A stretch of 64,000 nt of DNA, from positions 2,304,001 to 2,368,000 of the forward strand of contig OY968762.1 in NCBI GenBank assembly GCA_963695225.1. The letters run 5' to 3'. The DNA comes from Vulcanimicrobiota bacterium (lineage in GTDB: Bacteria > Vulcanimicrobiota > Vulcanimicrobiia > Vulcanimicrobiales > Vulcanimicrobiaceae). Of the stretch, positions 20,002-31,885 are shown piece by piece. How positions within the stretch are numbered: the stretch's first letter is position 1; each line of letters starts with the position of its first letter. A program made the position numbers and the translations under genes. The notes beneath the pieces are model-generated. The model saw nothing but the letters and a program-made list of their open reading frames with translations, was not told where the DNA came from and ran no database searches.

Positions 20002-20762
20002 CCAACGACGAACTCGACCGCGCTCTGCGGCAACTGCGCATGAGCGGCATGGCCGACGCCGTTCCGATCCGAACGCAGCAGGCCCGTGCTGAGAACCTCG
20101 GCCCGCTCGATTTCATCAGCTTACTCGTGCACGATGAGCTGCAGCGGCGGCGGGATCGACTCATCGAGCGCCGCGTCAAGGCCGCCGGCTTTCGCGACCA
20201 GAGAACGCTCGACACGTTCGACTGGAAATTCAACACGCTCGATCGCGCGCTCATCTTCGAACTGGCCAACGGGCGCTTTATCGAACAACACGAGGACGTT
20301 CTGTTACTCGGCAACGCCGGCGTTGGGAAAAGCCATATCGCGCAGGCGATCGGCATGGCCGCTATTCATGCTGGTTTCCGCGTATTGTACCGCGAGGCGC
20401 ACGCGCTCTTCGAAGACTTCCTTCTCGCTGGCGCGACCGGCGAGCGCGGCACCGCGATCGCGACCTTTAGCGAGATACCCTTGCTCATCATCGACGACTT
20501 GGGGATGCGCAAACTCCCCGCCAACGCAGCCGAGGATTTGCTCGAAATCGTCATGCGACGCTACGAGCGAGCATCGACGATTCTGACCTCGAACCGACCG
20601 CTCGACGATTGGCCTAAGCTCTTCGGCGACACGCCCGCCGTTGCGGCCTTTCTCGACCGGCTAATGCATCATTCGCATCTGATCGAGATTCGCGGCAAGA
20701 GTTATCGGCTCCACGAGCACAGCATCGCGGCCCGCCACCGGAAGGCAAAGGCGAGCGCGTAG
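19998..20762 (+). CDS. istB: IS21 helper AAA+ ATPase
   Basis: Walker A GNAGVGKS, Walker B LLIIDDLG, 'LDRLMHH' and 'GKSYR'. Confidence 0.96.
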   Translation: MTNDELDRALRQLRMSGMADAVPIRTQQARAENLGPLDFISLLVHDELQRRRDRLIERRVKAAGFRDQRTLDTFDWKFNTLDRALIFELANGRFIEQHEDVLLLGNAGVGKSHIAQAIGMAAIHAGFRVLYREAHALFEDFLLAGATGERGTAIATFSEIPLLIIDDLGMRKLPANAAEDLLEIVMRRYERASTILTSNRPLDDWPKLFGDTPAVAAFLDRLMHHSHLIEIRGKSYRLHEHSIAARHRKAKASA

Positions 20763-21318
20763 CCAACGATTGCGACAAACATCACTCAGCCCGAGGCGTG
20801 CGGTTTTCAACTGCCCACGGGTGTGCGGTTTTGAGCTGCCCCCTGAGGTCCTAGCGCGTCGCGCTGGTCGACCTGCTATCGATCTCCGGCTAACGAGAGA
20901 ATTCCTACAGCCTCTTGAGCAATTCTTGGATGCAGATCCAGAGCGCGCGAAGGCAGAGCAGATACGAGTCCGTTATGCTCCGAGAGTGGGGCTGGCCACG
21001 AGTGCAAAAGTATATGTGCTTTACCCTGATAACATGACTCGGCCCCGGGTGATGCATCTCCGGAAAGATCTTAACCGATGGTTCGGCGAGCTGCGCCCAC
21101 GACTTTCAGCGGACTTGACCGTGGTAGTTGAGGTGGCGCGCTATATCGATGTTCGATATTCCGAAATGCGGGACACTGAGCTCGCACCCCGAGCGCAGTA
21201 AGTGCGTAGGTTCGCCGCAGCGGTCACCGAGGGCGTCGCTCCTGGCGCGTGGTTTGCTTCGTCGTTTCGCCGTGGAGCTGATGAGAAAGTGAGGGGTGCG
21301 TCAAAAGCGCCGCTCGCG

Positions 21319-24422
<3,104 letters not shown>

Positions 24423-24423
<1 letters not shown>

Positions 24424-25553
24424 CAATCTAGACCCGTGTCGATTCCGATTGAAGATAAATGAGCAGATTGAACCTTCAGCCAAGCCAACAAGTCATCTGA
24501 GATAACTGTCGCATCCTTGACCGTTTGTCCGAACTTTACAAGTACGCGCCTCAAAGCAATACGGAGACGAGCTTGAAGGACGGCACTCTTCCAGAGATCA
24601 AGAATTAGATTGTCATCCGCGGTTGCTAATAAAGAAGCGGCAAGAACTGCTCCATTAAGCTCCAGCGCGCGATCTAAGCGCTTTGCTCTCAGGAATCTGT
24701 CAAGCTCGACTCGCAATGGCGACAGTCGCCCGCTATACTTTCGGACTAGACGGGCAAGAGAATCCACATCACTCGTACGCTGTACGGTCTCAAGGCTGGC
24801 CGCTTCTGGGATTTGTAGCTCTCCGTCCCCGGATTCTTCTTCGCTTACGCGGCTCGTAGTCGAATTCATAACCTCAATAAAGGCTTTCCGGTCAATGGTG
24901 AAAAGCAAGCGGCTGGCCTCAATCCGCAGATCTATAGGCTCCGCGCTTCCAATTGCCGTTATCGTCACTACTATCGTTGGAGGAGTAGTCTCAGTATCAA
25001 CGTCGGTTGTAACGCTCACTGAACGATCAATCCGATCATTCAGGTGTTGAAAGCGTTCATAGGGCTCTCGCGTCGAAGCTAGATCAGGCGTCGTTCCCTC
25101 AAGTGCATTGAGAAGCATCGCGAGAATCGCATCCCCTGTATGTAGAAACGCGCGGTTTTCGTCTCTTGTTAGAGTATCGAGAAAGCCATCTCTTCCGTGT
25201 GCAATCGGCCCATGCTCGTTCCTCACCGCGGTCAAGGCGTCTGCAAGTTTGTTAAAGCCGGATAGAACCTTATCTACGTTGCTGGCCCCTCTACTATTAC
25301 TCAAACCGAGCGGCGCTAGAGCGGCGTTAAAGAGTTCTGTTAGCGACGGCTTCTTTGAAGGGACTGGTTGATTGAACTCACGCAAGACTGTCACGCAGAC
25401 GGACTCGATGAACGATTTAATACATTCGATGAGACCATAGCCGTCTGGACTACTGGACGTGAGTGTCTTGTAGTGCATGGTAAGACCAGGCGCGTCGGGC
25501 CAGCGTATGCAAGCACGGCGATAGCTGGGTACTAGGTCATCGAATGAAATCAT
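24423..25553 (-). CDS. Abortive-infection C-terminal (Abi_C / HEPN-like) domain protein
   Basis: '[16 protein letters not shown]' and '[16 protein letters not shown]' (R-N-x5-H). AT-richer than its neighbours and coupled to hsdR by a TGATG overlap. Confidence 0.72.
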
Positions 25554-25574
25554 TATGTAAACAGCAATCAGACA

Positions 25575-26819
25575 CTATGTGCACTTCTCCAGAGCACGCT
25601 CGGCATCAGCGAGGCGAAGTTCACCCGAGATCAGTTTTGGCAGTAGCGCGTCGCGGAGTGTCGCGAGCGTGCGCGATTCTCGGTCGGCCTGAGAGTAACG
25701 ATCTAACAACGGTGATGCTATGGCGTCGAAGGCGACCAATACGCTGTCGGGGGGAAGTGCAACACGCGTTTCGCCCACCACCTCGGGGCGAACAGCCGGA
25801 TAGGCACCGCCGTCGGCAAGACGGCCTAGCCGTTCAATGTTTTCCTTCGATGTTGCTGCGAGGTACGTTAATGGCTTCGATCTCGTCGGCCGCAACACCG
25901 CAAAGCCGGTACTTCCCGTCAATCCTTGATCGGCTACGAAGCCGTAGGAGCCATTCGCTGGGCGTACGGTGCCCACAAGCGTATCGCCAGGGCGAAGAAC
26001 GCGTTGGGCACGACTTGGCGCTTCAGTGTCCTCATATGTCGCGGGTGTCTCGAATCTGCCCCATTTTACAGTCGAAAGATCAACGTATCGAATGACATCG
26101 GGGCGAGTCGTCTTCGACCAGATCTCAGGATTGAGCTTCGCGATATCGAGTAGTGTCACGAAAGTCCAGCCGCTCGGAATTTCACCGTGCGCCGACTCCT
26201 CGAATGAGCCGTGGAATAGCGCGGCGATTTCGACGGAAAGGTCGGGGTCCTGCCCTCGGGCCATTGCGCGCACAGGGTCGAAGTCGACGAACCACGATTT
26301 GAAGAGCGTCCGCGCCATCGCTTCTACGGTCGCACTCATCTTGCGATTGTTCTCAATCTTGTCGTCAAGCGCGCCGAGAATTGCGACAATCTCCTCGCGA
26401 TGGCCTCGCGATGGAAAGGGCACTGGGATGCGGTTCATGTTGCCTTGCGTTAGTTTGGCCTGAACTGACCCGGTGAGATACGGCTTTACCTTTACGGTTC
26501 TAAGCGCATAGTAGAGGTACTTAAGATCATCGCGCGATTGACACTTGAGGACGTGGGCATGGTTGTTAACCCAGAACCTGCCATCAGCGAGTTGAAGGAG
26601 CGGAGCCCCTGAGGGCGATTCCACCGACCCATCCTCTGCGATAAGTAGGTGCAACCCCTCGAAGAGGTAATCGTCGACGTGGTCCATCACAGACGCCGCG
26701 CCGTAGTAAGGGTACGAGCCCTGGCGCGCCGCACGCTCGCGGGAGGAAAGTGGAACCCTGCGCGAGTCATGATTTGCAGCAAGCTCGCCGAGTGGTCTCA
26801 GCGGAACGCTAGTTGCCAT
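25575..26819 (-). CDS. hsdS: Type I RM specificity subunit
   Basis: '[15 protein letters not shown]...LFKSWFVDF', 'GEIPSGW' and '[15 protein letters not shown]'. Confidence 0.94.
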   Translation of the reverse strand: MATSVPLRPLGELAANHDSRRVPLSSRERAARQGSYPYYGAASVMDHVDDYLFEGLHLLIAEDGSVESPSGAPLLQLADGRFWVNNHAHVLKCQSRDDLKYLYYALRTVKVKPYLTGSVQAKLTQGNMNRIPVPFPSRGHREEIVAILGALDDKIENNRKMSATVEAMARTLFKSWFVDFDPVRAMARGQDPDLSVEIAALFHGSFEESAHGEIPSGWTFVTLLDIAKLNPEIWSKTTRPDVIRYVDLSTVKWGRFETPATYEDTEAPSRAQRVLRPGDTLVGTVRPANGSYGFVADQGLTGSTGFAVLRPTRSKPLTYLAATSKENIERLGRLADGGAYPAVRPEVVGETRVALPPDSVLVAFDAIASPLLDRYSQADRESRTLATLRDALLPKLISGELRLADAERALEKCT

Positions 26820-28383
26820 CGCCAAGCCGCTTGAGAGCATCGCGAATTGCGCCATCTAACCGCGCTGACTCCAACTGCTGCTCTCGCAGAAGCGACGCGA
26901 GTCGTAGCAGTTTTTCGGCGAACGGCTCTCCGTCGCTTTCAACGTCCTCCGTTCCAACATAGCGTCCTGGAGTTAGGACGTGACCGTGCTCGCGGACCTC
27001 ATCGCGGGTTGCGGCTTTGCAGAAGCCGGGAACGTCAGCATACTCGCAGTCCTTCGAACGCCACGCGTGATAAGCGTTGGCAATCCTGGTGATATCCTCA
27101 CGGAGTAAGGCTTTGTGCGTGCGGTCGGTCATCTCGCCCGTCTTGCGGGCGTCGATGAACAGAATCTCACCACTACGGTCGCGAAACTTGTGGTTGCGGC
27201 GGTCCCGGGCAAGGATCCATACGCAGACCGGGATCTGCGTCGTGTAGAAAAGCTGGCCGGGCAACGCGATCATGCAGTCGACCAGCCCGCCGTTCTGGGC
27301 TTCGATGAGGGCCTTGCGGATATCACCCTCGCCGCTCTGGTTCGAGGACATGGATCCATTCGCCATGACGAACGCGGCGACACCAGTCGGTGCGAGGTGG
27401 TGCACGAAGTGCTCGATCCAGGCGTAATTTGAGTTCCCCGCCGGTGGGATGCCGAACTTCCAACGCTTGTCGTCACGCAGGCCCTCGCCGCCCCACTCGC
27501 TGTCGTTGAACGGCGGGTTCGCGAGGATGAAATCGGCTTTGAGGTCGGGGTACGCATCTTGGAGGAACGAGCCGCCTTCGTTCCAGGTAATGTCGGCTTC
27601 GATGCCCCGGATCGCGAGGTTCATCATCGCGAGCCGCCAGGTTGTGTGGTTCGATTCCTGACCGTAGATCGAGACGTCGCCGATCCTTCCGCCGTGCGCG
27701 AGCACGAATGCTTCGGACTGCACGAACATCCCGCCGGAGCCGCAGCACGGGTCGAATACTCGTCCCTTGTACGGCTCGATCATCTCGACGAGCAGCCGAA
27801 CGAGAGAGCGCGGCGTATAGAACTCACCGCCCGCCTTGCCTTCGGCGTTAGCGAACCGGCCGAGGAAGTATTCATAGACGCGGCCGATCACGTCGTGTTT
27901 CCGCGCCTCCGCGTTGCCGAGGCCGATGCCGTTCACCAGGTCCACGATCGCACCGAGGCGCGTCGAGCCGAGCGAAGGTTTCGCGTATTCCTTCGGCAGT
28001 ACGCCGCGCAGGCGCGGGTTGTCATGCTCGATCGCGATCATCGCCTTATCGACGATCTCGCCGATTTGCGGAGTCTTCGCCTTCGCGGCGATCTGTGACC
28101 AGCGCGCGTCGGGCGGGACCCAGAATATGTTCTCGGCGACGTATTCGTCCCGATCCTCGGGATCGGACTCAGAGTCTTGCACGAGTTGGGCGTGCTTCTC
28201 CTCGAACGCGTCCGAGATGTACTTCAGGAAGATCAGGCCAAGGACGGGGTGCTTGTACTCCGAGGCATCCATCGAGCCCCGGAGCTGGTCTGCCGCCGAC
28301 CAGAGCGTCGCTTCGAACCCGAGGTCCCCGCCGTTCGTCTTCTTCGCGCTCGTGGCGGTCGCGGCGGCTTTCACGCGTGGCAT
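26809..28383 (-). CDS. hsdM: Type I RM N6-adenine methyltransferase
   Basis: 'GEFYTP', '[10 protein letters not shown]' and 'ANPPFN'. Confidence 0.96.
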   Translation of the reverse strand: MPRVKAAATATSAKKTNGGDLGFEATLWSAADQLRGSMDASEYKHPVLGLIFLKYISDAFEEKHAQLVQDSESDPEDRDEYVAENIFWVPPDARWSQIAAKAKTPQIGEIVDKAMIAIEHDNPRLRGVLPKEYAKPSLGSTRLGAIVDLVNGIGLGNAEARKHDVIGRVYEYFLGRFANAEGKAGGEFYTPRSLVRLLVEMIEPYKGRVFDPCCGSGGMFVQSEAFVLAHGGRIGDVSIYGQESNHTTWRLAMMNLAIRGIEADITWNEGGSFLQDAYPDLKADFILANPPFNDSEWGGEGLRDDKRWKFGIPPAGNSNYAWIEHFVHHLAPTGVAAFVMANGSMSSNQSGEGDIRKALIEAQNGGLVDCMIALPGQLFYTTQIPVCVWILARDRRNHKFRDRSGEILFIDARKTGEMTDRTHKALLREDITRIANAYHAWRSKDCEYADVPGFCKAATRDEVREHGHVLTPGRYVGTEDVESDGEPFAEKLLRLASLLREQQLESARLDGAIRDALKRLGDGN

Positions 28384-28637
28384 ACGCTGAAGCGCTCGCC
28401 TTTCTGCGGTCTGCCCGGGTGGGGCGACGTCGTTGGTAGCGCCCCGTAGTTGGTCGGCCTCAGCACTTTGCGATTGGCCCTGGCGCGCTTGGTGGTGATC
28501 GGCGCGGTCTTGCCGCTCCTAAAGGTGGCGTTCGTTGTCATCGGTCTCCGGAAGGAAATTCGGCCGTTGTTTAAGATATCTCGGGGCTCCTTGCAACGTT
28601 CGCGGGCGGGCCCCGTACTCATCGCTTCGGGCGGGCG

Positions 28638-28739
28638 ATGAGTCAAACGGTTCTCAACCGGCTGAGCGTCAAGAGCGCGGATCGCTCACTACCGCCATTG
28701 GCCGGCTCAGGATTGTCGAGCGTGGACCTCTTTGCCGGA
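28638..28739 (+). pseudogene. Possible N-terminal stub of a C5-cytosine methyltransferase
   Basis: '...LSSVDLFAG' resembles motif I (DLFAGxGG), after which the similarity stops. Confidence 0.3.
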
Positions 28740-28894
28740 GAGCTTCAGGGAGCCAAAGCACCCGCTTCTGGCGGAGACCCATCGGAAAGCCTTCACCGAT
28801 TTTTCGGGTCCCTGTTTCGATGAGGTCATCTTATCTCGGCCAGCGCACCGCGAATCGGCGAAATCCACGCGCGTAGGCCGATCGGATCTGTTCG

Positions 28895-28928
28895 GCGTGG
28901 CACCGTTGTGGCACGGATTCGGTGCCAC
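28895..28928. repeat. Putative integrase arm-type sites, right
   Basis: GCGTGGCACCGTTGTGGCACGGA plus an inverted GTGCCAC at 28922-28928. Confidence 0.6.
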
Positions 28929-29029
28929 GGGCTGATTTTTGACGATACCAGCCAGGACGGAAATGCGCGGAAAACCCTTATAGAATCGGCCTTTGCGACA
29001 CCGGAGCGAACCAGGGGCGATGAGAGCCC

Positions 29030-29057
29030 ACGGGTTCGACTCCCGTTGGCGCTACCA
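29030..29057 (+). repeat. attR core (duplicated tRNA-Glu 3' end)
   Basis: Identical to 8023-8050. Confidence 0.93.
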
Positions 29058-30227
29058 GAATTTGCCCGTACGCAGGGGTGGCCCGTCTTCTTGCGCGAGC
29101 GGAGTGGTTGTCGGCCGGCGAACGCCCGCGCGTTGGGCGCGCGGGGCCGGGCTCTCGGCTACGGAACGGATCCAGTGGCGCGCGGGAGTCTCGACCCACA
29201 GGAAGAGCGCAAGGCTCGCTGCGAGGGAGAGCGCGAACGCCGCGAGCACCGTGAACGCTCCGTCTCCGGCGAATCGCTGGACGATGAGCAGCACCGTGTG
29301 ATGCACGAGGTAGAAGGCGAAGCTGATCTCGCCGAGCCGCACGCACGCCGGGTGCGAGAGGAACCGCGAGATTGCACCGCGCCCTTCGGCGAACGTGAGG
29401 ATCGCGAACGCGGCCCACGGCATCATCCAGAGCGCGGGGCGCAGTGGCCAGGGGACCGACGGGAGCGCTAGCATCGCGAGGGCGAAAGCGAGGAGCGCGG
29501 CGATCTCGTTCCGCGTCGCGGCCGCCGCCGAAACCGCGCGGCTCGGCCGCAGGAACGCGTACCCGGCCAGCATGCCCACGGCGAAATCGATGAGGCGGGT
29601 CGTGGGAAGCGTGTAGAGCTTCCACCAGCTCCAATCTCCGGATGCGGCGAGCGCGAGGCCCGCCGCCCAGAGAAGCAGCCCGTAGAGGAGAATGCGCGAG
29701 CGCGCTTGGGGCGCGACCCAGTGCGAGCCGAGAACCGCGAGGACCGGGAAGCACGCATAGAAGAACGCCTCGTCGCTGATGCTCCAAGAAGGCGAGTTGA
29801 GGCCGACGCGGATGAAGACGTCGGGGCTCCAAGCATGGACGAGCAGCGCTTGCGTGAGGGATTCTTCCACGCGGTACCGGAGCCCGAGATTCCAAGGGAG
29901 GTAATTTCCCGCGATCGCGAGGCCGATGCCGGCGGCGAGCATCGTCACCGCGTGCGTCGGATAGATGCGGGCAAAGCGCGCTACCAGGAATCGTCGCGTC
30001 GCGGCCGCCGAGAATCCGGCCGCGAAGTCCGCGTGGTGGGCATAGGTCAAGATGAAGCCCGAGAGCACGAAGAAAAATCCGACGCCGATCGCGCCGAGAT
30101 TGTAGCCGGGGAGCGTCCGTTCGGAGCCCAGCGCGTGATAGCAATAGACCAGCATCGCGGCGGCAAACCGGAGGGACGTCAGGGGCTTCAGGTCGCGCTT
30201 GGGTACAGCGCGGCCGATAGCGTTCAC
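29052..30227 (-). CDS. Acyltransferase family 3 (OafA-like) membrane protein
   Basis: 'LTSLRFAAA..V..YH', 'GVGFFFVLSGFIL', 'RFARIYP', 'WSISDEAFFY' and 'LGEISFAFYLVH'. Confidence 0.9.
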   Translation of the reverse strand: MNAIGRAVPKRDLKPLTSLRFAAAMLVYCYHALGSERTLPGYNLGAIGVGFFFVLSGFILTYAHHADFAAGFSAAATRRFLVARFARIYPTHAVTMLAAGIGLAIAGNYLPWNLGLRYRVEESLTQALLVHAWSPDVFIRVGLNSPSWSISDEAFFYACFPVLAVLGSHWVAPQARSRILLYGLLLWAAGLALAASGDWSWWKLYTLPTTRLIDFAVGMLAGYAFLRPSRAVSAAAATRNEIAALLAFALAMLALPSVPWPLRPALWMMPWAAFAILTFAEGRGAISRFLSHPACVRLGEISFAFYLVHHTVLLIVQRFAGDGAFTVLAAFALSLAASLALFLWVETPARHWIRSVAESPAPRAQRAGVRRPTTTPLAQEDGPPLRTGKFW

Positions 30228-30385
30228 AAGACGCCTATCGGTTCGATCTCGCGGCGAACTTAGCCCGGCCCCCGTCGCCTTCTTGGCGTTCGCATCCGCA
30301 CGATCGCGGCGGATCGTCCCATAAGGGTCTTCCGACCAGCCGCCTCGTGGGCTCCGCCGCTCGGCGGTAAAACATCCCTAAGGAG

Positions 30386-31660
30386 TCATTGAGCGCCGTT
30401 CGGCGCGACAGCCGGGACGCCGCGCTCTCTGACGCTCTCACGGCGCAGGATCACCGCCGCTGAAAGCACCGCGGCGATCAGCAGCAGGAGCTGCGGCGCG
30501 AGACTTTGCGTATACGGGTAGATGCCGAGCGCGGGAAGCTCCGGCGCCCAGCGCAGAAGCGTCGGCGTGAACACCTTCGCCTCCACCAGTTCCATGACGC
30601 CCTTGCCCGCGAACACGAAGGCCATCAGGTAGAGCAGCAAGCCGGTGGCCTGAAAGAACGGGCGAACCGGTAGCCGCATGGCGCCGGCCCGCATCCCCCA
30701 ATAGACGGCCCCGAGTGCGAGGCAGCCCAGGCCGAACCCCGCACCGATTGCGATCAGGCCGGCTGCGTTCGCGCCGGCGGTCAAGGCCTGATAGAACAGC
30801 ACGGTCTCGGCGCCCTCGCGGTACACGGCGAGGAAGCTCGCGAGCCACAGCGCCGTCATGGAACCGGAGGAAAGCGAGCCTTCGACCTTGCCCTTGATGT
30901 ACGCGGACCACTTCTGCGCTTCGGCCTTGGAGATGAGCCAATAGCTCATCGAGAAGAGGACGGCGGCCGCGACGAGCAGCGTACCGCCCTCCAGCACTCC
31001 CTGACTTCCGGCCGCGCCGCGGAACGCCAAACCGAGCACGACCGCCGTCGCCACGCTGGCGAGCAACGCGACCACGACGCTGCTGCCGATCACTCGCTGC
31101 TTTTCGCCATGCCCCGTCTTGACGAGGTAGGCGACGACGGCCGTCAGGATCAGCATCGCCTCGAAGCCTTCCCGCACGACGATCAGCAGCGAGTACCCGA
31201 AGAGGCTTGCCGGGTCGCCGCTCCGCTCGCCGGCCAACAGCGAGGCCGCTCGATCCAGATCGGATCGGAGGGCGGCGGCCTCGAGCGCGAGCGCGCCGGA
31301 CTGGGCGCCTTTGGCCAGCGCGATCGATTTGTCGATGTGGCCTTCGAGCACGGCCTCGAGCGCGGCGTCGCGGGACCCGAGGCGAGCTTCCATGCCGCTT
31401 GCTTCGAAGACGTCGGAATCCATGGACTGCAGCAGGGCCGCCGCGGCGCCGCTCTCCCGCCGCTTCGCGAGGTCGACGGCCCGCGCGACGCCTGCGTCGA
31501 TCTTCGCGGCGACGGCGTTCCAGTCGGCCGTGGCGGCCGAAGACGGTCCGGCCTCGGCCGCGCCCGCCGCGAGAGATTGGGCGAGCGCGAAGGATGCGAG
31601 GAGGAGCACCGGGAGCAGGCCTCGGCGGCAGGCAGCCCCGGTCGTTTCGGCGTGGAGCAT
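30386..31660 (-). CDS. FTR1-family iron permease with an N-terminal periplasmic domain
   Basis: Two REGxE motifs (REGFE and REGAE). Start uncertain. Confidence 0.9.
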   Translation of the reverse strand: MLHAETTGAACRRGLLPVLLLASFALAQSLAAGAAEAGPSSAATADWNAVAAKIDAGVARAVDLAKRRESGAAAALLQSMDSDVFEASGMEARLGSRDAALEAVLEGHIDKSIALAKGAQSGALALEAAALRSDLDRAASLLAGERSGDPASLFGYSLLIVVREGFEAMLILTAVVAYLVKTGHGEKQRVIGSSVVVALLASVATAVVLGLAFRGAAGSQGVLEGGTLLVAAAVLFSMSYWLISKAEAQKWSAYIKGKVEGSLSSGSMTALWLASFLAVYREGAETVLFYQALTAGANAAGLIAIGAGFGLGCLALGAVYWGMRAGAMRLPVRPFFQATGLLLYLMAFVFAGKGVMELVEAKVFTPTLLRWAPELPALGIYPYTQSLAPQLLLLIAAVLSAAVILRRESVRERGVPAVAPNGAQ

Positions 31661-31736
31661 GCGCAGAAAGAACTGGTGCAACGTTACCTCCCAAACGGTC
31701 GCGCCGCGGCTGGATGCGGAGCCGGAACGAGTGATG

Positions 31737-31786
31737 TTAGGCACGCCTAATCCCTAATGAGTGCGCGTATTAGGCAGGCCTAATAC
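31737..31786. promoter_or_regulatory. Two TTAGGC-N2-GCCTAA palindromes (DtxR/SirR-like metal boxes)
   Basis: TTAGGCACGCCTAA (31737-31750) and GTATTAGGCAGGCCTAATAC (31767-31786) lie between the divergent FTR1 and TonB receptor genes. Confidence 0.65.
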
Positions 31787-31885
31787 CAAGCCCTCCGGTG
31801 ACAGAACCCGGTTCCCGTTAGCGCTCCCGGAGTTTCCCGGTCCCTCAGAATCATCCGAGGATCCCCTGGGACGATCTCCCCCGAT

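Larger units (their letters stand above)
18303..20848 (+). mobile_element. IS21-family insertion sequence (2546 bp)
   Basis: istA and istB present. Terminal IRs are CCTCGGCGGGCAGCTAAAATCGCACACC and revcomp CCTCAGGGGGCAGCTCAAAACCGCACACC. The 8-bp target duplication TCCTAGCG is at 18295-18302 and 20849-20856. Confidence 0.96.
17787..21201 (+). pseudogene. Hypothetical 'SQTCD' protein (~286 aa reconstructed) split by an IS21 element
   Basis: Joining 17787-18302 to 20857-21201 restores one frame: ...FRQGH...MIVSQTCDV...WVADLR...ELSEILA|RRAGRPAID...PRAQ*. Confidence 0.85.
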
